The notes under the pieces are model-generated. The model searched no databases. It was not told the origin of the DNA and saw only the letters and a program-made list of their open reading frames with translations. A stretch of DNA of 64,000 nucleotides, taken from a bacterium. Lineage in GTDB: Bacteria > SAR324 > XYD2-FULL-50-16. How positions within the stretch are numbered: position 1 is the stretch's first letter; each line of letters starts with the position of its first letter. Below, in pieces: positions 1-9,287 of this stretch. Both the position numbers and the translations under genes were made by a program. The stretch is from the NCBI GenBank assembly GCA_032250835.1, contig JAVVEA010000018.1, forward strand, positions 12,428 to 76,427, written 5' to 3'.

Positions 1-681
1 GTTGGTGCGGTATAAAACATCTAACAACGCAAAGAGCAGCAACGCCCCTGTTAGGGTTCCGTATAGCCGCCTTGGACTCGTCATCACCCCTTGTTGATAA
101 AAAACCCCCAGCAGCACCACCAGCAGGACATAGCTGACCGCCCCAGCGAGCACAAAAACTTCGTGCCCCATTTTTCGGAACAAAATGGGGAAGAAGAAGG
201 CCAAAAAGCTATGGCTGACCAAATAAAATAGGATCAGCTGTAGCCGGTGGTCCCCCAGATGGTGTTTGAGCGCTTCGACCGCAAACATCATCGACACCAG
301 CAAACCCACGAAGACTAGGTTTTTGGAAAAACTGGCACTTTGGAAGTAGTAGATCACATAAGCGCTAAAGAGGCCCCCCAAAAAGAACTGGATACCCAGC
401 GAGTAAAGCTGGTCATATTTCATCAGCCTGGGGTTTTTCAGCTTGCCGGCTTCGCTTAGATTACTCAGCAATAAGCAGGTCATCAAAGCACACAGATAGG
501 CCAACAGGATCAAGTTATCGATCAGGCGGTCGATCCGCGTGAGGGTCAAGCTATCCCAGGCAAAACCCGCCACGAAGGAAAGCAACGGGGCGTACCGCTG
601 ATTTCGTCGATAAAATTGGTCGACCTGGGCGATCAGTTGGTTTTCTTCGCGTAGTTGGCCCCAGCGTTCTTTAATATCCAT
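1..681 (-). CDS. DUF2914-like multi-pass membrane protein (5' part; runs off window start)
   Basis: Not in the ORF track. Read manually from ATG at 681: MDIKERWGQLREENQ...FVAGFAWDSLTLTRIDRLIDNLILLAYL, a motif I associate with DUF2914 proteins. Confidence 0.7.
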   Translation of the reverse strand, partial: MDIKERWGQLREENQLIAQVDQFYRRNQRYAPLLSFVAGFAWDSLTLTRIDRLIDNLILLAYLCALMTCLLLSNLSEAGKLKNPRLMKYDQLYSLGIQFFLGGLFSAYVIYYFQSASFSKNLVFVGLLVSMMFAVEALKHHLGDHRLQLILFYLVSHSFLAFFFPILFRKMGHEVFVLAGAVSYVLLVVLLGVFYQQGVMTSPRRLYGTLTGALLLFALLDVLYRTN

Positions 682-839
682 AGGTCTCGGTTATTGAGTT
701 AGAATCCATCATAGGGACGCTAGGCCCACAAGGCAAGTATAGCGGCGAACTCTCTTACAGACCCGTCATGAACATAGGACTAAAATCAAGCTGGACTAGT
801 TCTTCTAGTAGTCCTCTGGGGCCTGAAATATGCACCAAA

Positions 840-853
840 AATAGGTACCTATT
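840..853. promoter_or_regulatory. Perfect 14-bp palindrome AATAGGTACCTATT in a divergent intergenic region (possible operator)
   Basis: Self-complementary sequence between divergent genes; function inferred. Confidence 0.25.
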
Positions 854-970
854 GTAGGCTAGGCAAAGGCCGCCACACCCCTGCTTACCACCCCTTTGGT
901 CAGAGTTGGAGTGGGATTTTTTTTAAATACAGCCATTGCCGAGAACCTTTGGTTTGCAGGTCAGGGAGAC

Positions 971-999
971 TTGCAAAGATAGGTTTATTTATATATTAT
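971..999 (+). promoter_or_regulatory. Sigma70-like promoter
   Basis: TTGCAA-17 bp-TATTAT upstream of the 1062 ORF. Confidence 0.5.
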
Positions 1000-1061
1000 A
1001 GCTGCCATCCGAACCCGCAGTGGAGGAACTGTCTGGTTCACTATCGACTCTGGAGACTACC

Positions 1062-1517
1062 ATGCACTACGAAGACTTGATCTCTGATGCACCTGGCGCG
1101 AGACGCGAGTTAGTTTGGTTCGTCTTGGTATTAGGTGCTTTGACGGCCCTCAATGTAGGCGCATTGTTTTACCGCCAACAACCGTTAATCGAACACCGTC
1201 AGTATGACTTTGCTTCTCCCTTTGAGTTCAAGCAAATCTTACATAACGGAGACATGCGTTTTAAGGCCTGTTTCCACAAAAACGTCCAGGGTGGGTTCTA
1301 CCTCTGCTTCTTGTTCCCACCGCCAAAGCGATTGGCCCTGCACGAAGGCTTTTTTGATACCGATGCCTTTGAGCGGGTCTTTATTGATTCTGAGTATATG
1401 CGAAAGTACATCAACAAATTCAAAGAAAAAAAGTGGGACACCGGCCACCACATTGCTGGCTTCCAGATCCAACGACTCAAGGACTCTTACAAGGTCACCC
1501 CGACTTTCGCAAAGTAA
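1062..1517 (+). CDS. Hypothetical protein with N-terminal TM anchor
   Basis: ORF (alternative start 1020) with hydrophobic segment LVWFVLVLGALTALNVGALF, followed by a terminator. Confidence 0.65.
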   Translation: MHYEDLISDAPGARRELVWFVLVLGALTALNVGALFYRQQPLIEHRQYDFASPFEFKQILHNGDMRFKACFHKNVQGGFYLCFLFPPPKRLALHEGFFDTDAFERVFIDSEYMRKYINKFKEKKWDTGHHIAGFQIQRLKDSYKVTPTFAK

Positions 1518-1530
1518 CCGCTCTCCCGGG

Positions 1531-1551
1531 GGGCTCTGCGGAGCCCTTTTT
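1531..1551 (+). terminator. Rho-independent terminator
   Basis: GGGCTC-TGCG-GAGCCC-TTTTT. Confidence 0.65.
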
Positions 1552-1818
1552 CCTTGCTCTAAGCGCCCCCCACATTGACCTCTTTTCTCTTGCCCTGGGT
1601 GCTTGCCTCAAGGCCCTTGCGCAAAGCCCCGGCTCCCAGAGCGGGCCAGATCGTCCCCCTAGCTCCGCCACCCTTCGCCAGGGCGGAGGTCTAGTTGCCT
1701 AGAACCCCAAACTACCCCTAAGGCATCCCAGCCTGATAGGTTCTGGTTTGTCTATGGATTGGTTGTCAAGTCCGGGTCAAATAGGCAATACTGGAGCGAC
1801 ACCCTCAGAAATCTACGG

Positions 1819-4800
1819 ATGAACCTATTTGGCCTCTTGCTGCTTTGTATTTATCTAGTTCCGGGAAACCTTTGGGCCGCACCGGAAGTACCGCCAGTGA
1901 CCCTAGCTTGGCCCCTTTGGGTGGCCTTCTGTTTGGTGGGACTGGGCTTAGGCTGGCTGATCGGACGCCGAACCCGGACGATCAAACAGCCAACCCCCTT
2001 AGATGCGAGCCAACGCCGCTTATTGGATGGGATTCTAGAGCATTCAAGCCTCCCCATTTATACTAAAAACCTCCAAGGGCGCTACCAGTCGGCCAATCTC
2101 GCCTTCACCAGCCTCGTCCAAAAGTCCTCTGACGACATCATTGGGAAGACGGCCTTTGATCTCTTTAACCAAGAGAACGCCGCCACGATCCAAGCCCAGG
2201 ACCAAAGCGTCTTGCACTCCGGCGAACTGATGTTCTTTGCCGCCCCCTTGGTGATCCAGGGCAAAACCCATCATTTAGAATACCGCATATTCCCGCTCCA
2301 TGACAAGCAGGGTAAGGTAGTGGGTCTATGTGGTATCGCACGCGACACAACGGACCACAAAGAATTGTTGTCGGCCTTATCGGCCAGCGAAGACAGCTTC
2401 CGCCAGCTCTTTGAACGACATGGGTCTTATTTTTGGCTGGTTGATCCCGCCACGCGCTTGATCGTCCGGGCCAATCCTTCTTGTGCGAAATTCCACGGTC
2501 TGACGCCCGAAGAGATGGCCGGGCTCCCGCTAAGCCACTTCAGCAAGCTAGACCCGAGCAAAGCCCTCGAACGCATCGAAAAGATTAAAACCGAAGGCAA
2601 GGCCCGCTTCTTAAGCCCTCACCTGCTCGCCGACGGAAGCCTGAGAACCGTCGAAGTCCATTCTAGCATGGTCCTGTTTGACGGACGGGAACTCATCTTT
2701 TCGGTGATGCACGACATGACCGAACAATTAGAAGCCCAAAGGCAACAAAAAGAAAGCGAAGCTCGATTCGAGCTACTGGCCGAAGCAGCCCAAGAGCCGA
2801 TCTTGATTTTAGACGGGGACCACCTTTTTGATGCCAACCGGGCCGCACAGCGCCATTTTGGCTTAAGTCACCGGGAACTGATCGAAAAACCCTTAGAGGA
2901 TCTCCTGCCCGGTTTGGGCTCCATGAAGCCCGCAACCCACCGGCGGCTACATGGCCAAAAAAATGGGCGGGTTTTTCATTGGGAGATCAACGCCGCGGCA
3001 CTTCCCTTTCAGGGTAAAGAACACTTAGCCCTAGCCATCAACGACCAAAGCCAGTTGTGGCAGCAGCAAGAAGACCTCAAGGAAAACCACCGGCTCATGC
3101 AAGCGGTGATCGATGCGGTCCCGGCCCCCGTTTTGCTTTGCGACCCTAACGGCAAAGTGAAGACAGGGAACTTTTCTTTCCTCCAGCTATTAAATCTCCC
3201 CGTCGAATCTGCCGAAGGCCAGCCACTAAGCCAACTTTTAGAGCCCCACTTGGCCAAGCGGTTAACTGAATCGATCCACGGCCCCAGAGACTTTGAGGTG
3301 AGTTTTGCGGACGCCCAGGGGTGCCGGTTGAGCTTTTTCTGCTCCCAGGCTCCCCTGCTCGATTTAGGCGGTAGCCTTCAAGGCGTAGTGACCGTGCTGT
3401 TCGACATCACCCAACGCAAGACGGCGCTCAAGAACCTAGAAAAAACCCGAGAGCAACTCAACCGAATTTTGGCCGGTAGCCGGGACGGCTACTGGGAGTT
3501 GGAACCGGCCAGTGGGCAGCTCTTTTTGTCGGAACAAGCTAAAACCCTATTGGGCCGTAGCGGGAACGCGCGCATCGCTCCTTGGGGCCTGCCGCAAGCC
3601 GAACAAGACCAACTTAAAGCCCAAATCAATCAGCTCTTGGAGAGCAAAGACAAAGAGCTCCAATGGCTGGTCCAGTTAACGGACCGAGAAGGAACGCCTC
3701 AATGGTTGCTCTTTAAGGCTTTGGCCTTTTACGAACAAGGCAAACCCCGCTTTCTTTCTGGGGTGGTTAGTGATCTTACGCTGTACAAAAAAACGGAATC
3801 TCAACTTGCCGAAAGCAAACAACGGCTAGATCTCGCCTTAGAAGCGGGGCGTTTGGGCTTTTGGGATTGGCTCCCCCAAAGCGACCATTTAAGCGTCAAC
3901 CAGCGGTGGGCCGAGATGTTAGGCTACGGCTTGCTGGAATTGCCCCCTAAAGGCTCCTTTTGGTTTTCCCGGCTTAATGCCAAAGACCTGCGCTTGATCC
4001 AAGCAGAACTGACCAAGCTAAATCGAGGTGAATCCCAGCGTTTTGCCCTCAAAGTCCAATTAAAGCACAAAGAGGGACAGCAAATTTGGGCACTCATCCA
4101 AGGGCAGGTAATGTCTCGCGACGATCAGGGGCAACCGTTACGATTAGTCGGCACCCAACAAGACATCACCGAAGAGGTCGAAACCAACGAGGGGCTAACG
4201 CAGGCCAAAGCCGCAGCGGAAGTGGCGGTACGGGCCAAGGCAGAGTTCCTAGCCAACATGAGCCACGAAATCCGCACCCCCATGAATGCGGTATTGGGCT
4301 TTGCTGAATTGTTACGAGGGCAAATCCACGATCCCCTAGGGCGTAGCTATTTAGAATCGATCCAACGGGGCGGCAAGAGTCTGCTCCGGTTGATCAACGA
4401 CCTCTTGGACCTGTCCAAGATCGAATCCGGTAAAATGGCGATCAATCGTGAGCCCACCAACTTAGTTCAACTATTTGAAGAGGTGAACGAAATCTTTAGC
4501 CCCCGCTTCGAACAAAAAGGCGTGGAATTGGCGCTGGACATGGCTGAAGAAGTGCCCCGTTTTGTCCTGATCGATGACCTTAGACTGCGGCAAGTCTTAT
4601 TCAACCTCATTGGCAACGCCGTCAAATTCACCGAAGCCGGTCGCGTCACGGTGCGGGTGCGGGCGACCCATATCGACTCAACCTTATTGCGCTTTGATCT
4701 GAATATCGACGTGATCGATACCGGGATCGGCATCTCGGCCGAACGGATCTATGGCTTGTTTGACCTCTTCAACACCGCCCAAGCCCCAGCCAGCAGCACC

Positions 4801-5649
4801 CAAGGCACCGGTCTGGGGTTAGCGATTACCTCGCGTCTGATCCAGGCGATGCACGGAACCCTAAAGGTGGACAGCCAACCGGGCAAGGGTTCTAGGTTCA
4901 CCATCGAGCTGCCTGAAGTCAGCCTGATCAAGCGCATGGATAGTTCTTTAGGCGCAGAAGCCCCCGTCGGCCAAAATATACGCTACCGGCAGGGCACCGT
5001 CCTGGTGGTCGACGATGTCGAATCCAACCGGTCGTTGGTACGAGAAGCGCTGCGCAATACCGGGCTTTCGGTACGAGAAGCCGAAGACGGGCAACAGGCC
5101 TTAATCCTGGCTGAAGCAATCTTGCCGGACCTGATTTTGATGGACCTCCGCATGCCGGTTTTGGGCGGTGTCGAGGCGACCAAACAACTGCGAGACCTGC
5201 CGATGTTAAAGAAAACGCCGGTGATCGCCATGACCGCTTCGGTGGCCACTCCCCAGAGGTTTGTGGATTCCGGGCTGTTTGATGCGCTGTTAATCAAACC
5301 AGTCCGCATCGAGCGGCTCTATGAATTAGTGGCCCGCTTTTTGGCCCACCACGAACCCAAAGCATCCCCAGCCGCCATCCCCGCATTCGCCGCCTTTGAA
5401 CAAGTAAAAGGCGATGATTGGGGCCTACTGGTGGCCCAGTACCAACAAACCATAGAAAGCCGAAATTTTGACCAGATAACCTCCTTTGCCGACAAACTAA
5501 TGGAAGTCGGCCAAGCCCAAGATAATGAGACCCTAAAAAACTACGCTGAACGGATGCATTTTCTAGCCGGAAACTTCGACATCGAAAAGCTTCAAGTGCT
5601 GTTGGCCCAATTTCATGACCTCCCCCACCCTCCCAAAAACGCAACATGA
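1819..5649 (+). CDS. Multi-PAS hybrid sensor histidine kinase/response regulator
   Basis: Several PAS/PAC repeats, H-box [45 protein letters not shown] track start is 1759. Confidence 0.93.
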   Translation: MNLFGLLLLCIYLVPGNLWAAPEVPPVTLAWPLWVAFCLVGLGLGWLIGRRTRTIKQPTPLDASQRRLLDGILEHSSLPIYTKNLQGRYQSANLAFTSLVQKSSDDIIGKTAFDLFNQENAATIQAQDQSVLHSGELMFFAAPLVIQGKTHHLEYRIFPLHDKQGKVVGLCGIARDTTDHKELLSALSASEDSFRQLFERHGSYFWLVDPATRLIVRANPSCAKFHGLTPEEMAGLPLSHFSKLDPSKALERIEKIKTEGKARFLSPHLLADGSLRTVEVHSSMVLFDGRELIFSVMHDMTEQLEAQRQQKESEARFELLAEAAQEPILILDGDHLFDANRAAQRHFGLSHRELIEKPLEDLLPGLGSMKPATHRRLHGQKNGRVFHWEINAAALPFQGKEHLALAINDQSQLWQQQEDLKENHRLMQAVIDAVPAPVLLCDPNGKVKTGNFSFLQLLNLPVESAEGQPLSQLLEPHLAKRLTESIHGPRDFEVSFADAQGCRLSFFCSQAPLLDLGGSLQGVVTVLFDITQRKTALKNLEKTREQLNRILAGSRDGYWELEPASGQLFLSEQAKTLLGRSGNARIAPWGLPQAEQDQLKAQINQLLESKDKELQWLVQLTDREGTPQWLLFKALAFYEQGKPRFLSGVVSDLTLYKKTESQLAESKQRLDLALEAGRLGFWDWLPQSDHLSVNQRWAEMLGYGLLELPPKGSFWFSRLNAKDLRLIQAELTKLNRGESQRFALKVQLKHKEGQQIWALIQGQVMSRDDQGQPLRLVGTQQDITEEVETNEGLTQAKAAAEVAVRAKAEFLANMSHEIRTPMNAVLGFAELLRGQIHDPLGRSYLESIQRGGKSLLRLINDLLDLSKIESGKMAINREPTNLVQLFEEVNEIFSPRFEQKGVELALDMAEEVPRFVLIDDLRLRQVLFNLIGNAVKFTEAGRVTVRVRATHIDSTLLRFDLNIDVIDTGIGISAERIYGLFDLFNTAQAPASSTQGTGLGLAITSRLIQAMHGTLKVDSQPGKGSRFTIELPEVSLIKRMDSSLGAEAPVGQNIRYRQGTVLVVDDVESNRSLVREALRNTGLSVREAEDGQQALILAEAILPDLILMDLRMPVLGGVEATKQLRDLPMLKKTPVIAMTASVATPQRFVDSGLFDALLIKPVRIERLYELVARFLAHHEPKASPAAIPAFAAFEQVKGDDWGLLVAQYQQTIESRNFDQITSFADKLMEVGQAQDNETLKNYAERMHFLAGNFDIEKLQVLLAQFHDLPHPPKNAT

Positions 5650-6770
5650 CCCTGCTTGATCCGAGCGCCCAACCCGGTCGTCTGCTGATCGTTGACGACG
5701 TGGCCAGAAACATCCAATTGGTGGCTTTAGCACTCAAGAAAGAAGGCCATTCGATCAGCTATGCCAGCAGCGGTGCCGAGGCGCTACAGATGGCGGTCAA
5801 GCAGGAATATGACTTGATCTTGTTAGACATCATGATGCCCGAGATGGACGGTTTTGAAGTCTGCCGCCAGCTCAAGGCCAACCCAGCCACCCAAGAGACG
5901 CCAGTGATCTTTTTGACCGCCAAGACCGATGCGGAAAGTATCATTGAAGCCTTTCAGCTAGGGGCGGTAGACTATATTTCCAAACCCTTCTTAGGGGTGG
6001 AGCTAAAATTACGGATCCGCAACCATTTAGAACTGCGCCGCATCCGCCGCGAGTTGAGCGAAAACAACAAATTAAAAGACAAGTTTTTTAGCATCCTGGC
6101 CCATGACCTCCGGTCTCCTTTTAATGCCTTACTAGGCCTCTCAGAGGTGCTTAAGGACGAAGCCGAAGAACTACCTCGGGCCGAATTGGCCAATCTGGCC
6201 CAGAAGGTTTTTGATTCAGGCGTGAAGGTTAACGACTTGATGGAACAGCTGCTTTCCTGGTCGCGCAGCCAACGCGGAAAAATCCCCTACGAACCCAGCC
6301 AATTGGTTCTAGCGGAAATGGCCCAAGAAACGATAGAATTACTCAGCGCCACCGCAGAGCGTAAAAATATTCAGCTACAGCAACTAGTCGACCCTCAGGT
6401 TCAAGTCTGGGCGGACCGATACGCCCTCCTGACGATCCTGCGCAATCTGGTGGGGAATGCCATCAAATTCACCCCCCGGGGCGGCTCTGTGCGTATTGAA
6501 GCGAGTCAGGGAGAAGACTGGACCCAGGTGGCGGTGGTCGATAGCGGCATGGGGATTGGGGCAAAAGATTTGACCGATCTTTTTCGTATTGACCGCAACC
6601 GGAACAGCCGAGGCACCGAGGGAGAATCAGGTACCGGGCTAGGTTTGATTTTATGTAAAGAGTTGGCTGAACAAAATCAGGGGTCCATCAGCGTTTCTAG
6701 TAAACCCGACCAGGGCAGCCGCTTTGCCCTAGAGTTGCCCCGGCACCCTCACCGTGAGAATCCGCCATGA
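5646..6770 (+). CDS. Response regulator-histidine kinase (REC-HisKA-HATPase)
   Basis: LILLDIMMP, SILAHDLRSPF, NAIKFT, GTGLGL. Confidence 0.93.
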   Translation: MTLLDPSAQPGRLLIVDDVARNIQLVALALKKEGHSISYASSGAEALQMAVKQEYDLILLDIMMPEMDGFEVCRQLKANPATQETPVIFLTAKTDAESIIEAFQLGAVDYISKPFLGVELKLRIRNHLELRRIRRELSENNKLKDKFFSILAHDLRSPFNALLGLSEVLKDEAEELPRAELANLAQKVFDSGVKVNDLMEQLLSWSRSQRGKIPYEPSQLVLAEMAQETIELLSATAERKNIQLQQLVDPQVQVWADRYALLTILRNLVGNAIKFTPRGGSVRIEASQGEDWTQVAVVDSGMGIGAKDLTDLFRIDRNRNSRGTEGESGTGLGLILCKELAEQNQGSISVSSKPDQGSRFALELPRHPHRENPP

Positions 6771-7189
6771 AAACACCCAGAATCTTAATCGCCGATGATG
6801 TCCCCTACAACCGGACCTTGTTACATCATCTAGTGAAAAAGTTCGGTGACTGCGACTTTGCCGCCAACGGGATTGAAGTGTTAGCCGCCGTCGAGGCCGC
6901 CGCCGCCGAGGGCAGGCCCTACGACTTAATCCTACTCGACATCATGATGCCCGAAATGGACGGTCAAGAGGCCTTAAGTGAGTTACGCAAACGCGAAGCC
7001 CAGGCAGGGGTACGCTTAAAGGACGAAACCAAAGTGGTGATGGTTACGTCTTTAGGGGACTGGGACAATGTATTGCAGGGATTTAAAAAAGGGGTGGTGG
7101 AGTATTTGGTCAAACCCATTCGAGACGACAACCTACGCGAGTTACTCGCCCAGATGGGCTTTCAGCCCTTAACCGCCGCAGGCAAGTAG
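6767..7189 (+). CDS. Single-domain response regulator (CheY-like)
   Basis: ILIADD, LILLDIMMP, YLVKP. Confidence 0.9.
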   Translation: MKTPRILIADDVPYNRTLLHHLVKKFGDCDFAANGIEVLAAVEAAAAEGRPYDLILLDIMMPEMDGQEALSELRKREAQAGVRLKDETKVVMVTSLGDWDNVLQGFKKGVVEYLVKPIRDDNLRELLAQMGFQPLTAAGK

Positions 7190-8271
7190 ACACAGACTCG
7201 GGTGCCTGATTGCGCCCCTGAGGTCATTGAGTTGATTTCAATGCGCCCGCCGTAACGCTCCACAAATTTTGCCACCAACGGCAACCCGAATCCCGTGCCG
7301 ACCTCACCCTCGGTACCCAAACGGCTTGCCGATTTGTTGACGTCAAACAGATGCCGCTGCACCGCTTCGGGGATGCCAATCCCCTGGTCGCCGACACACA
7401 AACAAATTTCCTGACCCGCTGCTTGGGCCGTGATGGTGACCGAACTACCGGAGGGTGAAAATTTGACCGCATTGGTCAGCAGATTATTGAGCACCGAGTT
7501 GACAAAAGAAATCTCTTCGACCTCTACCCACAGCCCACGGGACACCTCAATCTGCACCTCAATCCGCTTGGCCTCAAAGCGCCGATCCAGCAGGCTCATC
7601 GACCGATCGACCATATCCCGCAGGCAATGAATCTGAGGTTTTAGCGCAATTTTTCCTTCATCTAAGGCGCGCATCTGCCGCACCATGCCGATCAGGTCTA
7701 GACCATTTTGGGCAGAAGAGACCATCAAGGGCTTAAAAACCGGCAGGTTTTCGGCCAATTCTTCGTCTTCGATGCTCAAAAAGCTCATAATCGAAGAAAA
7801 GCTATTAGCTAAGTCGTGGCAGAGGATATGTAGCAGTTCCCGGCGTTCATCATTCTGCTCGACAATTTTACGCTGGCCTAGCGTTCTTTCTAGGTGGTTT
7901 CGGACCCGAACCAGCAATTCTGTGGCATTAAAGGGCTTGGTGATATAGTCCACCGCGCCTAGCTCCAAGCCGCGCACAATGTCTTCAGCTTGGACCTTAG
8001 CGGTCAAAAAAATCACCGGTATGTCTCGGGTCGCTTCACGGGCCTTTAACTCTCGGCAAGCAGTGAAGCCGTCCATCTCGGGCATCATCACATCCAAAAG
8101 GATCAAATCCGGTTTGAGCTTCTCAGCGAGCACTAAGGCCTGCTTACCTGTTTGGGCTACACTGACCTGTAGCTTTGCGTTACGCAGTACCGAACCGAGC
8201 ACCTGTATATTTTGCAGCGTATCGTCCACAATCAAGACCAGGGACCCTTCTATCGCTATGACTCCGTTCAT
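7162..8271 (-). CDS. Response regulator-histidine kinase
   Basis: LILLDVMMP, HILCHDLAN H-box, NAVKFS, GTGFGL. Confidence 0.92.
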   Translation of the reverse strand: MNGVIAIEGSLVLIVDDTLQNIQVLGSVLRNAKLQVSVAQTGKQALVLAEKLKPDLILLDVMMPEMDGFTACRELKAREATRDIPVIFLTAKVQAEDIVRGLELGAVDYITKPFNATELLVRVRNHLERTLGQRKIVEQNDERRELLHILCHDLANSFSSIMSFLSIEDEELAENLPVFKPLMVSSAQNGLDLIGMVRQMRALDEGKIALKPQIHCLRDMVDRSMSLLDRRFEAKRIEVQIEVSRGLWVEVEEISFVNSVLNNLLTNAVKFSPSGSSVTITAQAAGQEICLCVGDQGIGIPEAVQRHLFDVNKSASRLGTEGEVGTGFGLPLVAKFVERYGGRIEINSMTSGAQSGTRVCVYLPAAVKG

Positions 8272-9281
8272 TCTGGCTCCCGGATAGGTGCCACCTCAAT
8301 CCGGTTGCGGCCATTTTGCTTGGCACGGTAGAGCGCTTGGTCCGCCTCTTCGATCAGACGGTCGGCCTCGCCTGGCACCCCTTTGGGCCAAAGATCGGCT
8401 ACGCCCATACTCAGGGTGACCCGCTGGGTGTTGCTGCCGGTGTCTTCATGGGGAATATCCAGCTCGATCAAGCGCTGGGCAACTTCTTCGGCAATCCGCA
8501 ACCCTTCTCGGATGGTGGCGTGAGGCAACAGCACCAAGAACTCCTCGCCGCCATAGCGGGCCACCATATCGATAGGGCGCTTCTTAGCCGAGCGGATCGC
8601 CTCGCTTACCTTAACCAAACACTGATCGCCCTGCTGGTGGCCGTAGTGGTCGTTGTAGCGTTTGAAGTGGTCTACATCGCACATGATCGCCGCCAAGGGA
8701 GACTGGTCGGCGGCTAAGCGGTCCAGCATCTCGCCTATATATTCATTCATCCCCCGCCGGTTGCTGATCTGGCAAAGGTCGTCCAGGTTTACCTTTTCTT
8801 CTAGTTCCTTTTCGTAGCGGATCAGTTCGTCTTCAAAGCGCCTGCGTTCGACCAATTCCTGATTGAGGTGACGGTTATCGCGTTTTAGGGCCTCTTTGGC
8901 AAACTTAAGTTCCAAGTGGTTGCGGATGCGCATCATCAGCTCCACCTCTTTAAAAGGTTTAGACACGTAGTCCACCCCGCCGGCGTCAAAACCCTTAACA
9001 ATCGAATCTGTATCGTGCAGCGCCGTCAAAAAGATCACCGGAATTTCTGCAGTGCGCGGCCCCATTTTCAGCTGCCGGCAGGTCTCAATGCCGTCCATAT
9101 CGGGCATCATGATGTCCAACAAGATCAGGTCGGGCGATTGGGCGCGCGCCAAGTCTAGGGCCTCTGCGCCAGATTGGGCCGAAAGGTAGCGGTAGCCCTG
9201 CATCTCCAACAAACGGCTCAACAGCTGTAAGTTGATCGGCATATCGTCGACAATTAAGATTAGAGCTTCAGGTTCGATCAT
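8268..9281 (-). CDS. REC-GGDEF diguanylate cyclase (PleD/WspR-like)
   Basis: REC domain, DVDHFKRYND, RPID I-site, YGGEEF. Confidence 0.93.
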   Translation of the reverse strand: MIEPEALILIVDDMPINLQLLSRLLEMQGYRYLSAQSGAEALDLARAQSPDLILLDIMMPDMDGIETCRQLKMGPRTAEIPVIFLTALHDTDSIVKGFDAGGVDYVSKPFKEVELMMRIRNHLELKFAKEALKRDNRHLNQELVERRRFEDELIRYEKELEEKVNLDDLCQISNRRGMNEYIGEMLDRLAADQSPLAAIMCDVDHFKRYNDHYGHQQGDQCLVKVSEAIRSAKKRPIDMVARYGGEEFLVLLPHATIREGLRIAEEVAQRLIELDIPHEDTGSNTQRVTLSMGVADLWPKGVPGEADRLIEEADQALYRAKQNGRNRIEVAPIREPE

Positions 9282-9287
9282 TCATTC